Origin: an uncultured Desulfobacter sp.
GTDB taxonomy: Bacteria; Desulfobacterota; Desulfobacteria; Desulfobacterales; Desulfobacteraceae
NCBI GenBank assembly: GCA_963665095.1
Contig: OY762069.1
Location: forward strand, 896,001 to 960,000
Direction of reading: 5' to 3'
DNA length: 64,000 nucleotides
In this document: in pieces, positions 43,657-54,814 of the stretch
Layout of the letters: every line of letters starts with the position of its first letter
Numbering within the stretch: position 1 is the stretch's first letter
Position numbers and translations under genes: made by a program
Notes under the pieces: generated by a model
The model's database searches: none
What the model saw: only the letters and a program-made list of their open reading frames with translations
What the model was told of the DNA's origin: nothing

Positions 43657-44046
43657 GTGAAAATTGAACACATTGCACTTTGGACCGCAGACCTCGAACG
43701 TTCTCGTAGTTTTTACGTTGAATTTTTCGGTGCGAAGTCGAATGAAAAATATGAGAATAAGGAGACGGGTTTTTCTTCATACTTTCTGAGTTTTGGTTCG
43801 GGGTGTAGATTAGAAATTATGAACATGGCAGATCAAAGTAAATGTGAAGATAGTTTTGAAGAAAAGCATTTTGGGATTTCACACTTTGCCATTTCGGTTG
43901 GTTCGAAACAGGATGTTGATGAATTAACATTGTCTTTGGGTGAAAGAGGTTTCACTGTTGCGAGTCATCCTAGAAAAACGGGTGATGGTTATTATGAATC
44001 AGTAGTTCTTGATCCCGACGGTAATAGAATAGAGATAACAGAATAA
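43657..44046 (+). CDS. Cassette: VOC/glyoxalase family protein
   Basis: IEHIALW, HFAISVG, TGDGYYESVVLDPDGNRIE. Confidence 0.9.
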   Translation: MKIEHIALWTADLERSRSFYVEFFGAKSNEKYENKETGFSSYFLSFGSGCRLEIMNMADQSKCEDSFEEKHFGISHFAISVGSKQDVDELTLSLGERGFTVASHPRKTGDGYYESVVLDPDGNRIEITE

Positions 44047-44132
44047 AAAACGCGCATGAAGCGCGGCGTTATACGTAAGCAAAAATTAACTCCGAATTAT
44101 TCAAAAAAAGAGCAATAAAATGATAAAAAAAA

Positions 44133-44522
44133 ATGAGCAGATGGGGTGTTGGGCCAATTTTCGCTTCGTTATCAATCAGTTACGGGTTAATAATGTTATT
44201 AATCAGTAAATATTATCAACCTTTGTTTCAATTCTGTTTTATACCGTATTGGTTACTGCGGGTAGTAGGAATTCTATTCATTATAATCGGCACATTATTT
44301 TTTATCATTTCAGTAAAAGCCGTTATGCAAGCCTACAATTCAGATAAACTTGTCACTAAAGGTGTATATCAGTTTTGTCGCCATCCACTATACACATCAT
44401 GGGGCGTTTTTATTGTTCCTGGAATTGTATTTTTGGCAAATAGTTGGTTAGGGATGACAGCTCCTATATTTATGTATTTTTTGTTACGGAAATTAGTGAC
44501 AAAAAAAGAAAATAGACCCTAA
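44133..44522 (+). CDS. Cassette: isoprenylcysteine carboxyl methyltransferase-family membrane protein (probably C-truncated)
   Basis: LVTKGVYQFCRHPLY; ends abruptly at KKEN. Confidence 0.7.
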   Translation: MSRWGVGPIFASLSISYGLIMLLISKYYQPLFQFCFIPYWLLRVVGILFIIIGTLFFIISVKAVMQAYNSDKLVTKGVYQFCRHPLYTSWGVFIVPGIVFLANSWLGMTAPIFMYFLLRKLVTKKENRP

Positions 44523-44695
44523 CAATGGAGACGCACTTTTAAATATTGCTCAGTCTTTTTGTGAAAGAGGCGAAAACGAAAAAGCTTGGGAATATCTTAA
44601 AAAAGCTCAAAATCTGAATATTGAAATTCATCCTGAGATGTTAAAAGAAATGAAAGCTACTTGCCCAAACAATTAACAATGAGATCCAACCTGCC

Positions 44696-44771
44696 TCATA
44701 ACACGGACCGCCGGGGGCGAGCTCCGGTTCCCTTCGCTGCGTTCGGCGGTCCCTGAACTCCAAGGTTATAT
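44696..44771 (+). repeat. Degenerate attC
   Basis: TCATAAC-AC-GGACCGCCG...CGGCGGTCC-CTGAAC-TCCAAG-GTTATAT; left L box appears deleted. Confidence 0.6.
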
Positions 44772-44786
44772 TTCAAAGGAGAAACA

Positions 44787-45299
44787 ATGGCAGTACCAGC
44801 AAACAAAGAGGAATTATTAAAAGCAATCCAAACAAATTATAAAAAATTGAAAGATGACCTCATAAGTATCCCTTCAGAATTAACTGAAACACAGGAAATG
44901 GAAGGGCATGTTAAAAACACCCAAATGAGTATATGTAATTTGATGGCTTATCTTATTGGCTGGGGCAATCTTGTTCTTAAATGGCACAAAATTTATTCCG
45001 GTGGTTCTATGCCTGATTTACCCGAGACCGGATTCAAAATGAACGAAATGGGAAGATTGGCTCAGAAATTTTATAAAGATTACGAGAATGACAATTTTGA
45101 GTCTCTTCTCAAGCAATATGATGAAGTTGTATCAAAAATTCTTGATTTAATAGAAAGTCTTGATAACAAGTATCTTTACGAAATAGACTGGTATAAAAAG
45201 TATCCTTTTGGCAGAATGATTCAATTTAACACTTCCTCGCCGTACGCCAATGCTCGCGCAAGGATACGTAAATGGAAAAAAGCAAAAGGCATATCATAA
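44787..45299 (+). CDS. Cassette: ClbS/DfsB (DUF1706) four-helix bundle protein
   Basis: 170 aa, MAVPANKEELL, AYLIGW (Tyr55), PETGFK, GRMIQFNTSSPYANAR.R.RKW. Confidence 0.85.
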   Translation: MAVPANKEELLKAIQTNYKKLKDDLISIPSELTETQEMEGHVKNTQMSICNLMAYLIGWGNLVLKWHKIYSGGSMPDLPETGFKMNEMGRLAQKFYKDYENDNFESLLKQYDEVVSKILDLIESLDNKYLYEIDWYKKYPFGRMIQFNTSSPYANARARIRKWKKAKGIS

Positions 45300-45322
45300 A
45301 ATAAAAGAAAACAAGGATAAAA

Positions 45323-45583
45323 ATGAATAAAACGTGTCAAAGTTGCGGAATGCCAATGAAACGAGACCCAAAATCTGGTGGTACTAACGCTGATGGAAGC
45401 AAAAATGAAATGTATTGTAGTTATTGCTATCAATCAGGAAAATTTACCCAACCTGATATTACAACACCAGAACAAATGCAGGATTTTTGTGTGGAAAAAA
45501 TGAAAGAAATGGGCTTCCCAAGAATAATTGGTAGGTTTTTCACTCGCAATGTTCCAAAACTTGAAAGATGGAAAGAAAAATAA
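45323..45583 (+). CDS. Cassette: zinc-ribbon domain protein
   Basis: CQSCGMPM, GTNADGS, YCSYCY, PKLERW. Confidence 0.85.
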   Translation: MNKTCQSCGMPMKRDPKSGGTNADGSKNEMYCSYCYQSGKFTQPDITTPEQMQDFCVEKMKEMGFPRIIGRFFTRNVPKLERWKEK

Positions 45584-45585
45584 AA

Positions 45586-45646
45586 ATATAACCAATCGTT
45601 TGATAGGGCCGCTCCTATCGTCGCGCCCTTCAACTCCGCGTTAGCC
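45586..45646 (+). repeat. attC (short type)
   Basis: ATATAAC...TTGATAGGGC...GCCCTTCAA...GTTAGCC. Confidence 0.8.
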
Positions 45647-45684
45647 CCCCAAACACCGAAGTGAACTAAAAAAATGGAAATACA

Positions 45685-46080
45685 ATGAAACCAAATGAAT
45701 TATCACCATGTTTTTGCACAAATGATGTAGATAACTGTCGCCAATTTTATACCAAATATTTTGCGGCAAAAATTATTTTTGATTGTGGTTGGTACGTAAA
45801 TTTAAGCTTTGGAGAAGATGGCCCAACGATCCAGTTCATGCAACCGCAAGAAGATATGCCAACATATGGCGGGACAGGCATCACGCTCAATTTTAAAGTC
45901 GAAAATGTAGATGCTGAATATAATCGGTTAATTGATGCGGGCTTTCAAATAGCAATGCCTTTGGAAGACCATCCTTGGGGCGATAGAGGATTTTCTGTAA
46001 TTGATCCCATTGGTAATTCTGTTTATATCTATTCAGACAGAGAACCAACAGAAGAGTTTAAGCAATATTATAAGGGCTAA
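45685..46080 (+). CDS. Cassette: VOC/glyoxalase family protein
   Basis: FDCGWYV, NVDAEY, DHPWGDRGFSVIDPIGN. Confidence 0.88.
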   Translation: MKPNELSPCFCTNDVDNCRQFYTKYFAAKIIFDCGWYVNLSFGEDGPTIQFMQPQEDMPTYGGTGITLNFKVENVDAEYNRLIDAGFQIAMPLEDHPWGDRGFSVIDPIGNSVYIYSDREPTEEFKQYYKG

Positions 46081-46206
46081 CAAAGCCGCTGAACCCGACC
46101 GGGCTTATCTGCACGGCGTTTTGAAGCTGGTTGGTTAATGAAATTTTGAACTTTTTACTGGAGCTGGTGTGGTTTTAACGCCCGGCCGGTTAGCTCCCCG
46201 TTGGGG
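46075..46206 (+). repeat. attC (long host type)
   Basis: GGCTAAC-AAAGCCGCTGAACCCGACCGGGC...GCCCGGCCGGTTAGCTCCCC-GTTGGGG; similar to 24207-24331. Confidence 0.85.
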
Positions 46207-47211
46207 GTGCGACACGAGGTCGCATTATTGGCTGTTTGGCGGGCCAGTCGGTCCTGACCAAACCCGGCATTCTCCTGCCGGTACCCTATGTGGCATGCGG
46301 TTACCGGTGCATCCGGCAACGGTGTGAAGCCCAACCGACAAAGTACCGAATTCCGCAGGTGCGGAAGGGGTGGAAGCCGTGAGGCGGATACCCTCCTGGA
46401 AGCCTCATTCCGGGTGAGGGCAAGGGTTTGAATGATATGGTCAAATTAATTGAATGTTCCGTAAGTACCGTCAGGGAGAACAAGCTAAAGAGGCTGGTAA
46501 CCTTGGACCAAAAGGTGAGCGGTCAGGTTGCAGGTTTCTTAGCTGCCTGCACGTAGATGTTGCGCCGCCGGTGCTTAAGGACAGGCCTAAGTCATCCATT
46601 AATTGGCAATAATGTGGAACGTGGAAAGTCGGCCATGTCCCTATGGATAAGATGATCCTCACCAAATGTCTGGCTGCAGGGTTTATGGAAAATGGTAAGC
46701 TCTTTCCAACAGGTCGGGGGACACCCCAGGGAGGCATTGCCTCCCCGATACTTGCCAACATGGTTCTGGACGGCATTGAAGAAACTGCTAAATCCGTTGC
46801 ACCTGTCAGAGACCGGCGTAACGGTAAGGACATCAGTTCTAAAATCAACGTTGTCCGGTACACTGATGACTTCATCGTTACCGGTGCCACCCGGGAACTT
46901 CTTGAAGATAAGGTCAAACCGGCAATAATCAGCTTTCTTTCGGAACGGGATCTTTCCCTGTGATGCCAATCCTTTTGATCCGGAACACCAACAATACTTC
47001 CGGACAAGACGTGTGAAACCTAAGATGATCCCAGTCACAGCTGCCGAGGAAATATGTGATGGAATAACTGTAAATTTCAGTATTGGCAAGGGAAAACAGT
47101 CGGGCGGCCCCGCAAGGCTTAGTCTTAGAAATGCTTGAGCCGTATGACGGGAAACTGTCATGTACGGTTCTGAGGGGGGAAAGGAACTGTAAAGTTCCTG
47201 ACCTACCCGAT
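46207..47211 (+). mobile_element. Group II intron (second lineage), internally deleted
   Basis: 5' GTGCG, RT fragment 46643-46963 (GTPQGG, VRYTDDF), domain V/VI, 3' CCTACCCGAT. Confidence 0.88.
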
Positions 47212-47280
47212 CGTTAAAAACCAACGGGATGCAAAAAAAGGCATATTGTAAATAGTATCACTCGGTGCTATATTATAGTC

Positions 47281-47649
47281 ATGCGAAAATTAATGACAAA
47301 GCACTTTGTGAAATGGGCTTCAAAGCAAAAAATACCAATCAATAATTTAGAAACAGCATTGGAAGAAGTCGGTAGCGGAAATTACGAAGCAAATTTGGGT
47401 GGTCACATTTACAAAAAAAGAATTCGTTTCCCTGGTCAAGGCAAAAGAGGTAGTGGAAGAACGATTGTTTGCTATGAAAAAGGAAGTAGAATCATTTTTA
47501 TCCATGGTTTCTCAAAAAATGAAAAATCAAACCTTTCACCCAAAGAGCTATTTGTCTTCAAGGAACTCGCTAAAATTTTACTTTCTTTTTCTGAAAGTGA
47601 AATTGATATAGCGGTCCAAAATGGTGATTTAAAAGAGGTGGCAACATGA
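47281..47649 (+). CDS. Cassette: RelE/ParE toxin (duplicate of 29259-29627)
   Basis: Near-identical protein. Confidence 0.88.
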   Translation: MRKLMTKHFVKWASKQKIPINNLETALEEVGSGNYEANLGGHIYKKRIRFPGQGKRGSGRTIVCYEKGSRIIFIHGFSKNEKSNLSPKELFVFKELAKILLSFSESEIDIAVQNGDLKEVAT

Positions 47650-47951
47650 GAAAATCAATTTCAGATTCAATAACGGAAACCGTAAGGGACTTAAATAAAA
47701 GTGGCCTTGTGGATGACATCACTCTAAGAAATATAGAAAAATTATGTCTTCCGGAAGTTAAAGACTATTCCCCAAAAAAAATAACCGAAATTAGAAAAAA
47801 ATTTAATTTAAGCCAAGCCGCATTAGCAAGCGTTTTCAATATTAGCACCTCTACTGTACAGAAATGGGAACAGGGTAATAAAAAACCTACAGGAGCCTCA
47901 AGGAAATTGTTGGATATCATGGAAAGAAAAGGCTTAGAGGCTTTAATATAA
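47646..47951 (+). CDS. Cassette: HTH antitoxin (duplicate of 29624-29929)
   Basis: Differs by two residues. Confidence 0.88.
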   Translation: MRKSISDSITETVRDLNKSGLVDDITLRNIEKLCLPEVKDYSPKKITEIRKKFNLSQAALASVFNISTSTVQKWEQGNKKPTGASRKLLDIMERKGLEALI

Positions 47952-47960
47952 ATTCGCACA

Positions 47961-48609
47961 ATAGGGGCAGGACTCCCCATTACTGAGGAGCCCTCCCACA
48001 CCATCCGGCATACGGATCTCGTACCAAGGCGGTTCGGCTGGTATGAATAAAATCAGTTGTAGGTTATCCCACCGATTTTATCGGGTTTTGGGCAAAGTCT
48101 TGCTATGGAAATTTCGGCCACTGCCGCATTATTCCCATAAAATCCTTTTACTTACTCACCACAACCATTTACCCAAGCCATTCGGCCCGGGTACCGTTCA
48201 GGCCTTCATCGGGGTGAGGCCTCCGGGTGTACTTCTCCCATGCGGTCAGGACCAGTTACCCGGCCCTCAGCCAATCCGGCACATGGGAGATCTCCCGGGG
48301 TAAACACGTGTCTTTCAGTACGTGAATGCCGGATTTACGGACATACCCTGTAATGGATAGAGGACTTCACCTTGTTGTGCAGGCTCGTCCAGGTATGTGC
48401 GCCTTATATCCGATTCCTGTACGTCATCCCGTACCTTCGTGGTACCTTGCCTCAGCAAGGCGGCTTCCTCCCGAAGCACCGTCACCGGTACCCCGTTGCA
48501 CTACCACTACACCCTTCGCCTCCATCCGGCTGGGTCTAAGACTTGCCAAAGGCATTGAAATCGTTTACGTTTGACTCACTTTTAAGAACACGTGCCGTGC
48601 CCGGCACAC
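47961..48609 (-). mobile_element. ORF-less group IIC-attC intron inserted at GCACA|AC
   Basis: Both ends match intron 27155-29065; no RT; attC resumes at 48610-48708. Confidence 0.88.
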
Positions 48610-49773
48610 ACAAAACGCTTCAGGTCGAAAGACCTTGGTTTCTGAAAAGAATTTAATTCGGGGAAGTCCTTGGTTTTAGTCTCCGGGCGGCTGAGCTCCC
48701 CGTTCTCGGTGCGACACGAGGTCGCATTATTGGCTGTTTGGCGGGCCAGTCGGTCCTGACCAAACCCGGCATTCTCCTGCCGGTACCATAGGTGGCATGC
48801 GGTTCCCGGTGCATCCGGCAACGGTGTGAAGCCCAAACGACAAAGTACCGAATTCCGCAGCTGCGGAAGGGGTGGAAGCCGTGAGGCGGATACCCTCCTG
48901 GAAGCCTCAATCCGGGTGAGGGCAAGGGTTTGGATGATATGGTCAAAGTAGTTGAATGTTCCGTAAGTACCGTCAGGGAGAACAAGCTAAAGAGGCTGGT
49001 AAGCTTGGACCAAAAGGTGAGCGGTCAGGTTGCAGGTTTCGGAACTGGCTGCACGGAGATGTTGCGCCGCCGGTGCTTAAGGGCAGACCTAAGTCATCCA
49101 TAAATTGGCAATAATGCGGAACGTGGAAACCCCGTATCTTCGCCGGGAGTATTCGGCAGGTGAAACCGTAAGGCACACTGATGGAGGTGCGGGCGTAAGA
49201 TCCAGGAAAAAGCGAATGCCGTCTTGTAATGAGATGGATACGGATTGAGGCGTATATCCCCAACATTACCCGGCCCGAAAGGGAACTGACGTCCTGCGGG
49301 TGTGACTACAGACACACCCGGGCAGGTGTTTCTTTGTGAGAGAGTTTGGAGAATCTTTGAGGATGGGAAAGCAAATGACGGCAATGGCTGGTGCGCCCAT
49401 CAGCAGCTTTACGCTGTTAAAAGACTGTAGATACGTATCGCAAAGGTTGTTAAAGTAGCACACGGGATATACGCCAGAGGTTCTTTCAAAAGGATGCATT
49501 TTCTTTTGACTCGGAAAAAGAACAGTACTTTCCGAGAGAATGCTCAAGGACATATGCTATGAATTAACTGTAAATTTCATTATTGTCAGGGCCGTCTTGA
49601 AAATGCAGCCAAATCCCCGGTTTGAAAATGTATGTTCTTAGCTGGTTTTTCTTCTCTTAAAAATCAAATTTAAAAATTTCGTCTTCTTCATTTTTTTCCT
49701 TTCTTTGCCCTCTGCTTTTTTCCGTACATACTGATCTTATTCATGTCTGATTTGAATCGGAGGCAATATGTAG

Positions 49774-50340
49774 ATGGGACTACTCAAGAAAAGAAGGTGC
49801 CGAAATTGTAGAAGATTATTCGCTCCTAATCCAAGAAATATAGACTCTCAAAAATACTGTTCCAGATCTGAGTGCAGAAAAGCCAGCAAAAGGTGCAGCC
49901 AGAAAAAATGGCTGAACAAGCCTGAAAATCGAAACTACTTTTGTGGGCCTGCCCATGTTGAACGTGTTCAGGAATGGAGAAAGAAGAATCCCGGATATTG
50001 GAAGAAGACCAAAAGCCCAGATACGTTACAAGACTCGATATGTCCCCAACAGGCTGAAAATAAACAGGATTCAACGCAATTCATGGACAATGCGTTACAA
50101 GATTTCTTACGGGCGCAACCTCCTGTCATTATAGGGTTAATCGCCAACTTTACAGGCAGTGCGTTACAAGATGACATCGCTTCCACGCTCCTTCGTATGA
50201 AAAAATACGGGCAAGACATTTTATGTTCACAACCCCAAAAAGAAGGAGAGCAAAATGATTGCAAAGGCCCCCATTTTACCATCCAGGGTTCGAAAAACAC
50301 CCCAAAGCTTCAGTTGGATCGATCATCGCCTGGTGCGTGA
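49774..50340 (+). CDS. IS21 passenger: Cys-rich hypothetical protein
   Basis: CRNC...YCSRSEC. Confidence 0.65.
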   Translation: MGLLKKRRCRNCRRLFAPNPRNIDSQKYCSRSECRKASKRCSQKKWLNKPENRNYFCGPAHVERVQEWRKKNPGYWKKTKSPDTLQDSICPQQAENKQDSTQFMDNALQDFLRAQPPVIIGLIANFTGSALQDDIASTLLRMKKYGQDILCSQPQKEGEQNDCKGPHFTIQGSKNTPKLQLDRSSPGA

Positions 50341-50641
50341 ACGGCACATTGACAGGTGTACACACTCCCAGTCCGCCCTATATCTGTTTCTGGTGTGTGT
50401 GGCCGACAGTCAAGGCATCAGCTACTATGGAGATAAGGCGATCATGGATCGGCTGTGCATGGATTCTGATGGCCTGAAGACAGCACGTTCCGGGTTAATA
50501 CAGAATGGGCTGATTGCCTGGCAGAGACCTATTTACCAGGTGCTTGCCCTTGACCCTGCTCCTGGTAAATCAAAACGGCACGGCTCCATGCTGCGTCTTT
50601 CAGATATTCTAAAAGCAGCAGCGGAGGGCAACCATGATTGA
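50255..50641 (+). CDS. IS21 passenger: small HTH-like protein
   Basis: FSWIDHRL, LYLFLVCVAD, SYYGD; overlaps the istA start. Confidence 0.6.
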   Translation: MIAKAPILPSRVRKTPQSFSWIDHRLVRERHIDRCTHSQSALYLFLVCVADSQGISYYGDKAIMDRLCMDSDGLKTARSGLIQNGLIAWQRPIYQVLALDPAPGKSKRHGSMLRLSDILKAAAEGNHD

Positions 50642-51608
50642 TTACGAAACCTATGTTCAAATCAGAAATTACTTTACCCGAGACGGCCTGACATACAGCC
50701 AGATTGCCAATGCCCTTGATCTGGACCCCAGGACAGTTGCCAGGTGGGCCAACCTGAAAAGGTACCAGCCCAGACAGTCAGCCCCCAGAGAAAGCAAGCT
50801 TGATCCGTATAAGAACGCCATCCTGCATATGCTTGAAAAACATCCCTACAGTTCCCGCCAGATATTTCAACGAATCACCCAGGATGGTTTTGCCGGGGGC
50901 ATCACCATTGTTGAGGATTATGTCAGGAAGGTGCGGCCGCCCAAAACAAAGGCGTATTTGAAACTGAGTTTTGCTCCGGGTGAAGCTGCCCAGGTGGACT
51001 GGGGTTCTTATAGTACAGTAAGGGTGGGCAACACGACCCGGCGGTTGAGCTTTTTTGTGATGGTGATGTGCCACAGCCGCATGATGTACGTTGAGTTCAC
51101 GGTCTCCCAGACCATGGAGCATTTTTTAGGCTGCCACCAGAATGCATTTGAGTTTTTTGGAAAGGTGCCGGAAAAGGTCATGGTGGACAATCTCAAATCC
51201 GCTGTTCTAAAAAGACTGCTGGGGAAAGCCCCGGTCTTCAACCCCAGATACCTTGATTTTGCAGATTATTACGGATTTACAATTGTTCCCTGTAATGTGC
51301 GCAAGGGTAATGAAAAAGGCCGGGTTGAAAATGCTGTGGGCTATGTCAAAAAGAATCTGCTCAACGGTCTTGAAATCCCTGATTTTAAGATCATGGAGCC
51401 CACCTGCAAACACTGGCTTGATACTGTCGCCAATGTCAGAACCCACGGAGAGACCGGTCAAAAGCCCGCATGAGAATGATCACAAAAAATCATGGAAAAA
51501 TTAAAGATAATTTGCAAGATATGCCAGGGATGAGGCAGAAGCTCCCCCGTTTATCTCGCAAATAATCAATGGAACTTCTGCCCCTATTACCCTAACAGGG
51601 CAGGAGAT

Positions 51609-52184
51609 ATGCTATCAGAACTTATTAAAAACAAAAATCTTTTTTTCCATCTTTACGAAATCGATAAAAATACAGCAAAACAGTACAGACAGTTGCCTTG
51701 TCCGCATTGTGGAGGCCCCTTATATTTCAGCAATTACATGCGCAAGCCCCGGGGAGAGCCTGAGGGCGTGCCGGAGGAATTCTTTATTCAGTTCAGCCTA
51801 TGTTGTGGAACCGAAGGGTGTCGCAAAAGATTGATGCCGCCGTCCTGCCGTTTTCTGGGGAGAAAAGTCTACTGGTTTGCAGTTATTCTGTGTGTTTTAA
51901 CAGACTGGCAAAATACCAATGAAAAAATCACCGTTTATGATTTGTCCATACGAACTGGCATTAGCCGGAACACAATAAACCGCTGGCTTGCCTTTTTTCA
52001 GGATACATTTCCAGTGAGCCGAACCTGGCGAAGGCTTCGGGGGCAGATATCCGCTGGTGTCAGTAACAGCCGTCTGCCGTCAAGTTTCATCAATTATTGC
52101 CGGGCGGTGAAATCCAACGCCGAAAACGCACTTGTATCAAGCCTGATAATCTTATCAGGCGGGTCCAAAATCAGGGCCGGATAA
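51609..52184 (+). CDS. Transposon accessory protein (Zn finger + HTH)
   Basis: CPHCGG, CCGTEGC, GISRNTINRW. Confidence 0.65.
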   Translation: MLSELIKNKNLFFHLYEIDKNTAKQYRQLPCPHCGGPLYFSNYMRKPRGEPEGVPEEFFIQFSLCCGTEGCRKRLMPPSCRFLGRKVYWFAVILCVLTDWQNTNEKITVYDLSIRTGISRNTINRWLAFFQDTFPVSRTWRRLRGQISAGVSNSRLPSSFINYCRAVKSNAENALVSSLIILSGGSKIRAG

Positions 52185-52290
52185 TCTCGCGCAGAGGATG
52201 AACATAGACAAATATATGCAGGCTGTTTTACCACCTGATTTCAGACGTTGATCCGAAATTTTAACCTGAAATTAAAAAGGAGCCTGATTT

Positions 52291-53736
52291 ATGAGTGGTA
52301 AAACACAGCACCCGGCAGACCTGTGGGCATTATTTCGCTTTTCGGTTATCGGCGGTTTACTGGCACGCCCTCCGGCAAAGGGAGAGTTGCAAAATGAACT
52401 GACCCGGCTCGCAGGTCAAATCTATTCTCATCCTGTGACGAACAAACCGACCTGTTTTCATTTTTCCACAATTGAGGCCTGGTATTACAGGGCAAAAAAT
52501 TGCCAGGACCCAATTCTGGCTCTGGGCCGTAAAGTTCGTTCAGATATGGGCAAATCCACAGCATTGAATGCTGAATTGATCCGCCTTCTTGGTGTCCAGT
52601 ACAACACTTATCCGCAATGGAGCTATCAGCTTCATTGCGACAACCTGGCAGCTGAAATCGCTGAACAGGGCCTGTGTGAGAATCCGCCGTCCTATGCAAG
52701 TGTGAGAAGGCGTATGGTTGAACGGGGTTGGAGAAAAAAGGCTTCCAAGAACAAAAATCAAACATCCGGACAGAAATCAGCTTTTAAGCGATTAGAAACG
52801 TATGAAGTCCGTAGTTATGAAACCGAAAACATCCATGAATTATGGCATCTGGACTTTCACGAATGCAGCAGGCGCGTGGTGGACGAAAAAGGTCAGTGGC
52901 ATACGCCCAAGGCATTGTGCATTCTTGATGATCGCTCCCGTCTGTGTTGTCATATTCAATGGTATTTGAATGAAACGGCAGAGGTTTTGATCCACGGCTT
53001 GTCCCAGGCGTTTTACAAAAGAGGGCTTCCCAGAGCCTTGATGACAGATAATGGTTCTGCCATGATTGCTCATGAAACCGGCAACGGACTTAAACGATTG
53101 GGCGTCAGTCATGAGACCACGTTGCCATACTCGCCCTATCAAAATGGGAAGCAGGAAGCCTTTTGGGGTACACTTGAAGGCCGTTTGATCGCCATGCTGA
53201 GCCGGATGGATTCTTTGACCCTGGTATATTTAAATCAGGTCTCCCAGGCCTGGATCGAGATGGAATACAACAAGTCAACCCATGATGAAATTCATATGTC
53301 GCCATTGCAATGCGCCCTTGACGGCAAGGATGTGTCACGTCCTGCACCGGAACCTGAACAGCTTCAATTTTCGTTTACAGCCTGTGAATCCAGAAAACAG
53401 CGTCTGTCCGATGGTACCATCTCTTTGATGGGCATCCGGTTTGAAATCCCTTCACGGTTTAATCATATCCAGCGTCTTCATGTCTGTTTTTGCTCCTGGG
53501 ATAAATCGGTTGCCTGGCTGATAGATAAACGAACCGGAAATAAGCTTGCCGCAATTTATCCCCAGGACAAGACAAAGAATGCTTCAGCAATCCGTCGTAT
53601 CAAATCCACTCCGGATGAAATTAACCCTGGCCATGAAACCCTGTCCGGATCAGAACCGGCCCTGCTTAAAAAGCTCTTGTCCGATTATGCAGCAACCGGA
53701 ATGCCTTGTGCCTACTTGCCAATGGAGGAAAAGTGA
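52291..53736 (+). CDS. DDE (rve) transposase/integrase
   Basis: LWHLD, LDDRSR, TDNGS, QNGKQE. Confidence 0.88.
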   Translation: MSGKTQHPADLWALFRFSVIGGLLARPPAKGELQNELTRLAGQIYSHPVTNKPTCFHFSTIEAWYYRAKNCQDPILALGRKVRSDMGKSTALNAELIRLLGVQYNTYPQWSYQLHCDNLAAEIAEQGLCENPPSYASVRRRMVERGWRKKASKNKNQTSGQKSAFKRLETYEVRSYETENIHELWHLDFHECSRRVVDEKGQWHTPKALCILDDRSRLCCHIQWYLNETAEVLIHGLSQAFYKRGLPRALMTDNGSAMIAHETGNGLKRLGVSHETTLPYSPYQNGKQEAFWGTLEGRLIAMLSRMDSLTLVYLNQVSQAWIEMEYNKSTHDEIHMSPLQCALDGKDVSRPAPEPEQLQFSFTACESRKQRLSDGTISLMGIRFEIPSRFNHIQRLHVCFCSWDKSVAWLIDKRTGNKLAAIYPQDKTKNASAIRRIKSTPDEINPGHETLSGSEPALLKKLLSDYAATGMPCAYLPMEEK

Positions 53737-54560
53737 TGAACAGCAAACGATTATTGGCTTATTATGGATTGAAGTACAATCCTTTTTTACCAAATATTCC
53801 TGTGGACTCATTATGGCATCCACCCCGGATGGAGGCATTTATTACACGCCTTGAAAATATGACCATGAACGGTGGATTTGCATTAATCGCCGGTGAACCC
53901 GGTCTTGGCAAATCCAAGACACTACAGGCGATTGCCCATCAGCTTGGCAAGCTTGATGAAGTCGTTGTCGGCGTTATGGAGCGCCCCCAAAGCAGCGTGG
54001 CCGATTTCTATCGGGAAATGGGGACACTGTTTGGTGTCAATTTGAGTCCGGCCAACCGTTACGGAGGGTTCAAAGATCTGCGGCAACGATGGAAAAATCA
54101 TATTAAAACAACCCTGTTCAGACCCGTCCTGCTCATTGATGAGGCTCAGGAAATGCTTACCGGATGCCTGAATGAGCTTCGGTTGCTCAACAGTATGGAT
54201 TTTGACTCCCAGAATTTATTGACCACCATTATCTGTGGTGATACCCGGCTGCCGGAACGGTTCAGAACCAGTGCATTGGTAGCCCTGGGGAGTCGACTCC
54301 GGTTCCGGTTAAAATTGGATCCTTATACCCGGGAAGAATTGTTGGATTATATAGCGCATTGCCTAAATCAGGCCGGAGCTCCTCAACTCATGACAAAACC
54401 TTTAATCACCGCTTTGGTAGAGCACTGTACAGGAAACTTACGGGTCCTCAATAATATGTCGGCAGAACTGCTTGAAGTGGGCGTTCAAAGAGAGCTGCCG
54501 CAACTGGATGAGAAACTTTTCATAGAGCTTTTTTCACTGAAACCGTCGCCAACCAGATAA
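53736..54560 (+). CDS. ExeA-family AAA ATPase (transposition helper)
   Basis: YGLKYNPF, GEPGLGKS, LIDEAQ, GNLR. Confidence 0.88.
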   Translation: MNSKRLLAYYGLKYNPFLPNIPVDSLWHPPRMEAFITRLENMTMNGGFALIAGEPGLGKSKTLQAIAHQLGKLDEVVVGVMERPQSSVADFYREMGTLFGVNLSPANRYGGFKDLRQRWKNHIKTTLFRPVLLIDEAQEMLTGCLNELRLLNSMDFDSQNLLTTIICGDTRLPERFRTSALVALGSRLRFRLKLDPYTREELLDYIAHCLNQAGAPQLMTKPLITALVEHCTGNLRVLNNMSAELLEVGVQRELPQLDEKLFIELFSLKPSPTR

Positions 54561-54571
54561 GAGGTATAAAA

Positions 54572-54814
54572 ATGACAATCAATGAAACACAACTTGAAAA
54601 AACAATGGCTGAAATTGTCGACGAGCTGGGCAATCTGGTCATGGAGTTGATCCTTGTCAGTTTAAAAAAAATAAACTCGGAAAATCATCTTTTGACAGAA
54701 TTGCTGGAGATCAAACAAGAGGAACAAAGAGAAAATGAATTTTATGGTTTTGGTGAAACGGAGCCGGGACATCCTGGGGAGGAAACCCGGCAAGGGATAG
54801 CCAAAAGCAGGTAG
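54572..54814 (+). CDS. Small acidic hypothetical protein
   Basis: GAGG RBS, follows the ATPase; GC hairpin downstream. Confidence 0.5.
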   Translation: MTINETQLEKTMAEIVDELGNLVMELILVSLKKINSENHLLTELLEIKQEEQRENEFYGFGETEPGHPGEETRQGIAKSR

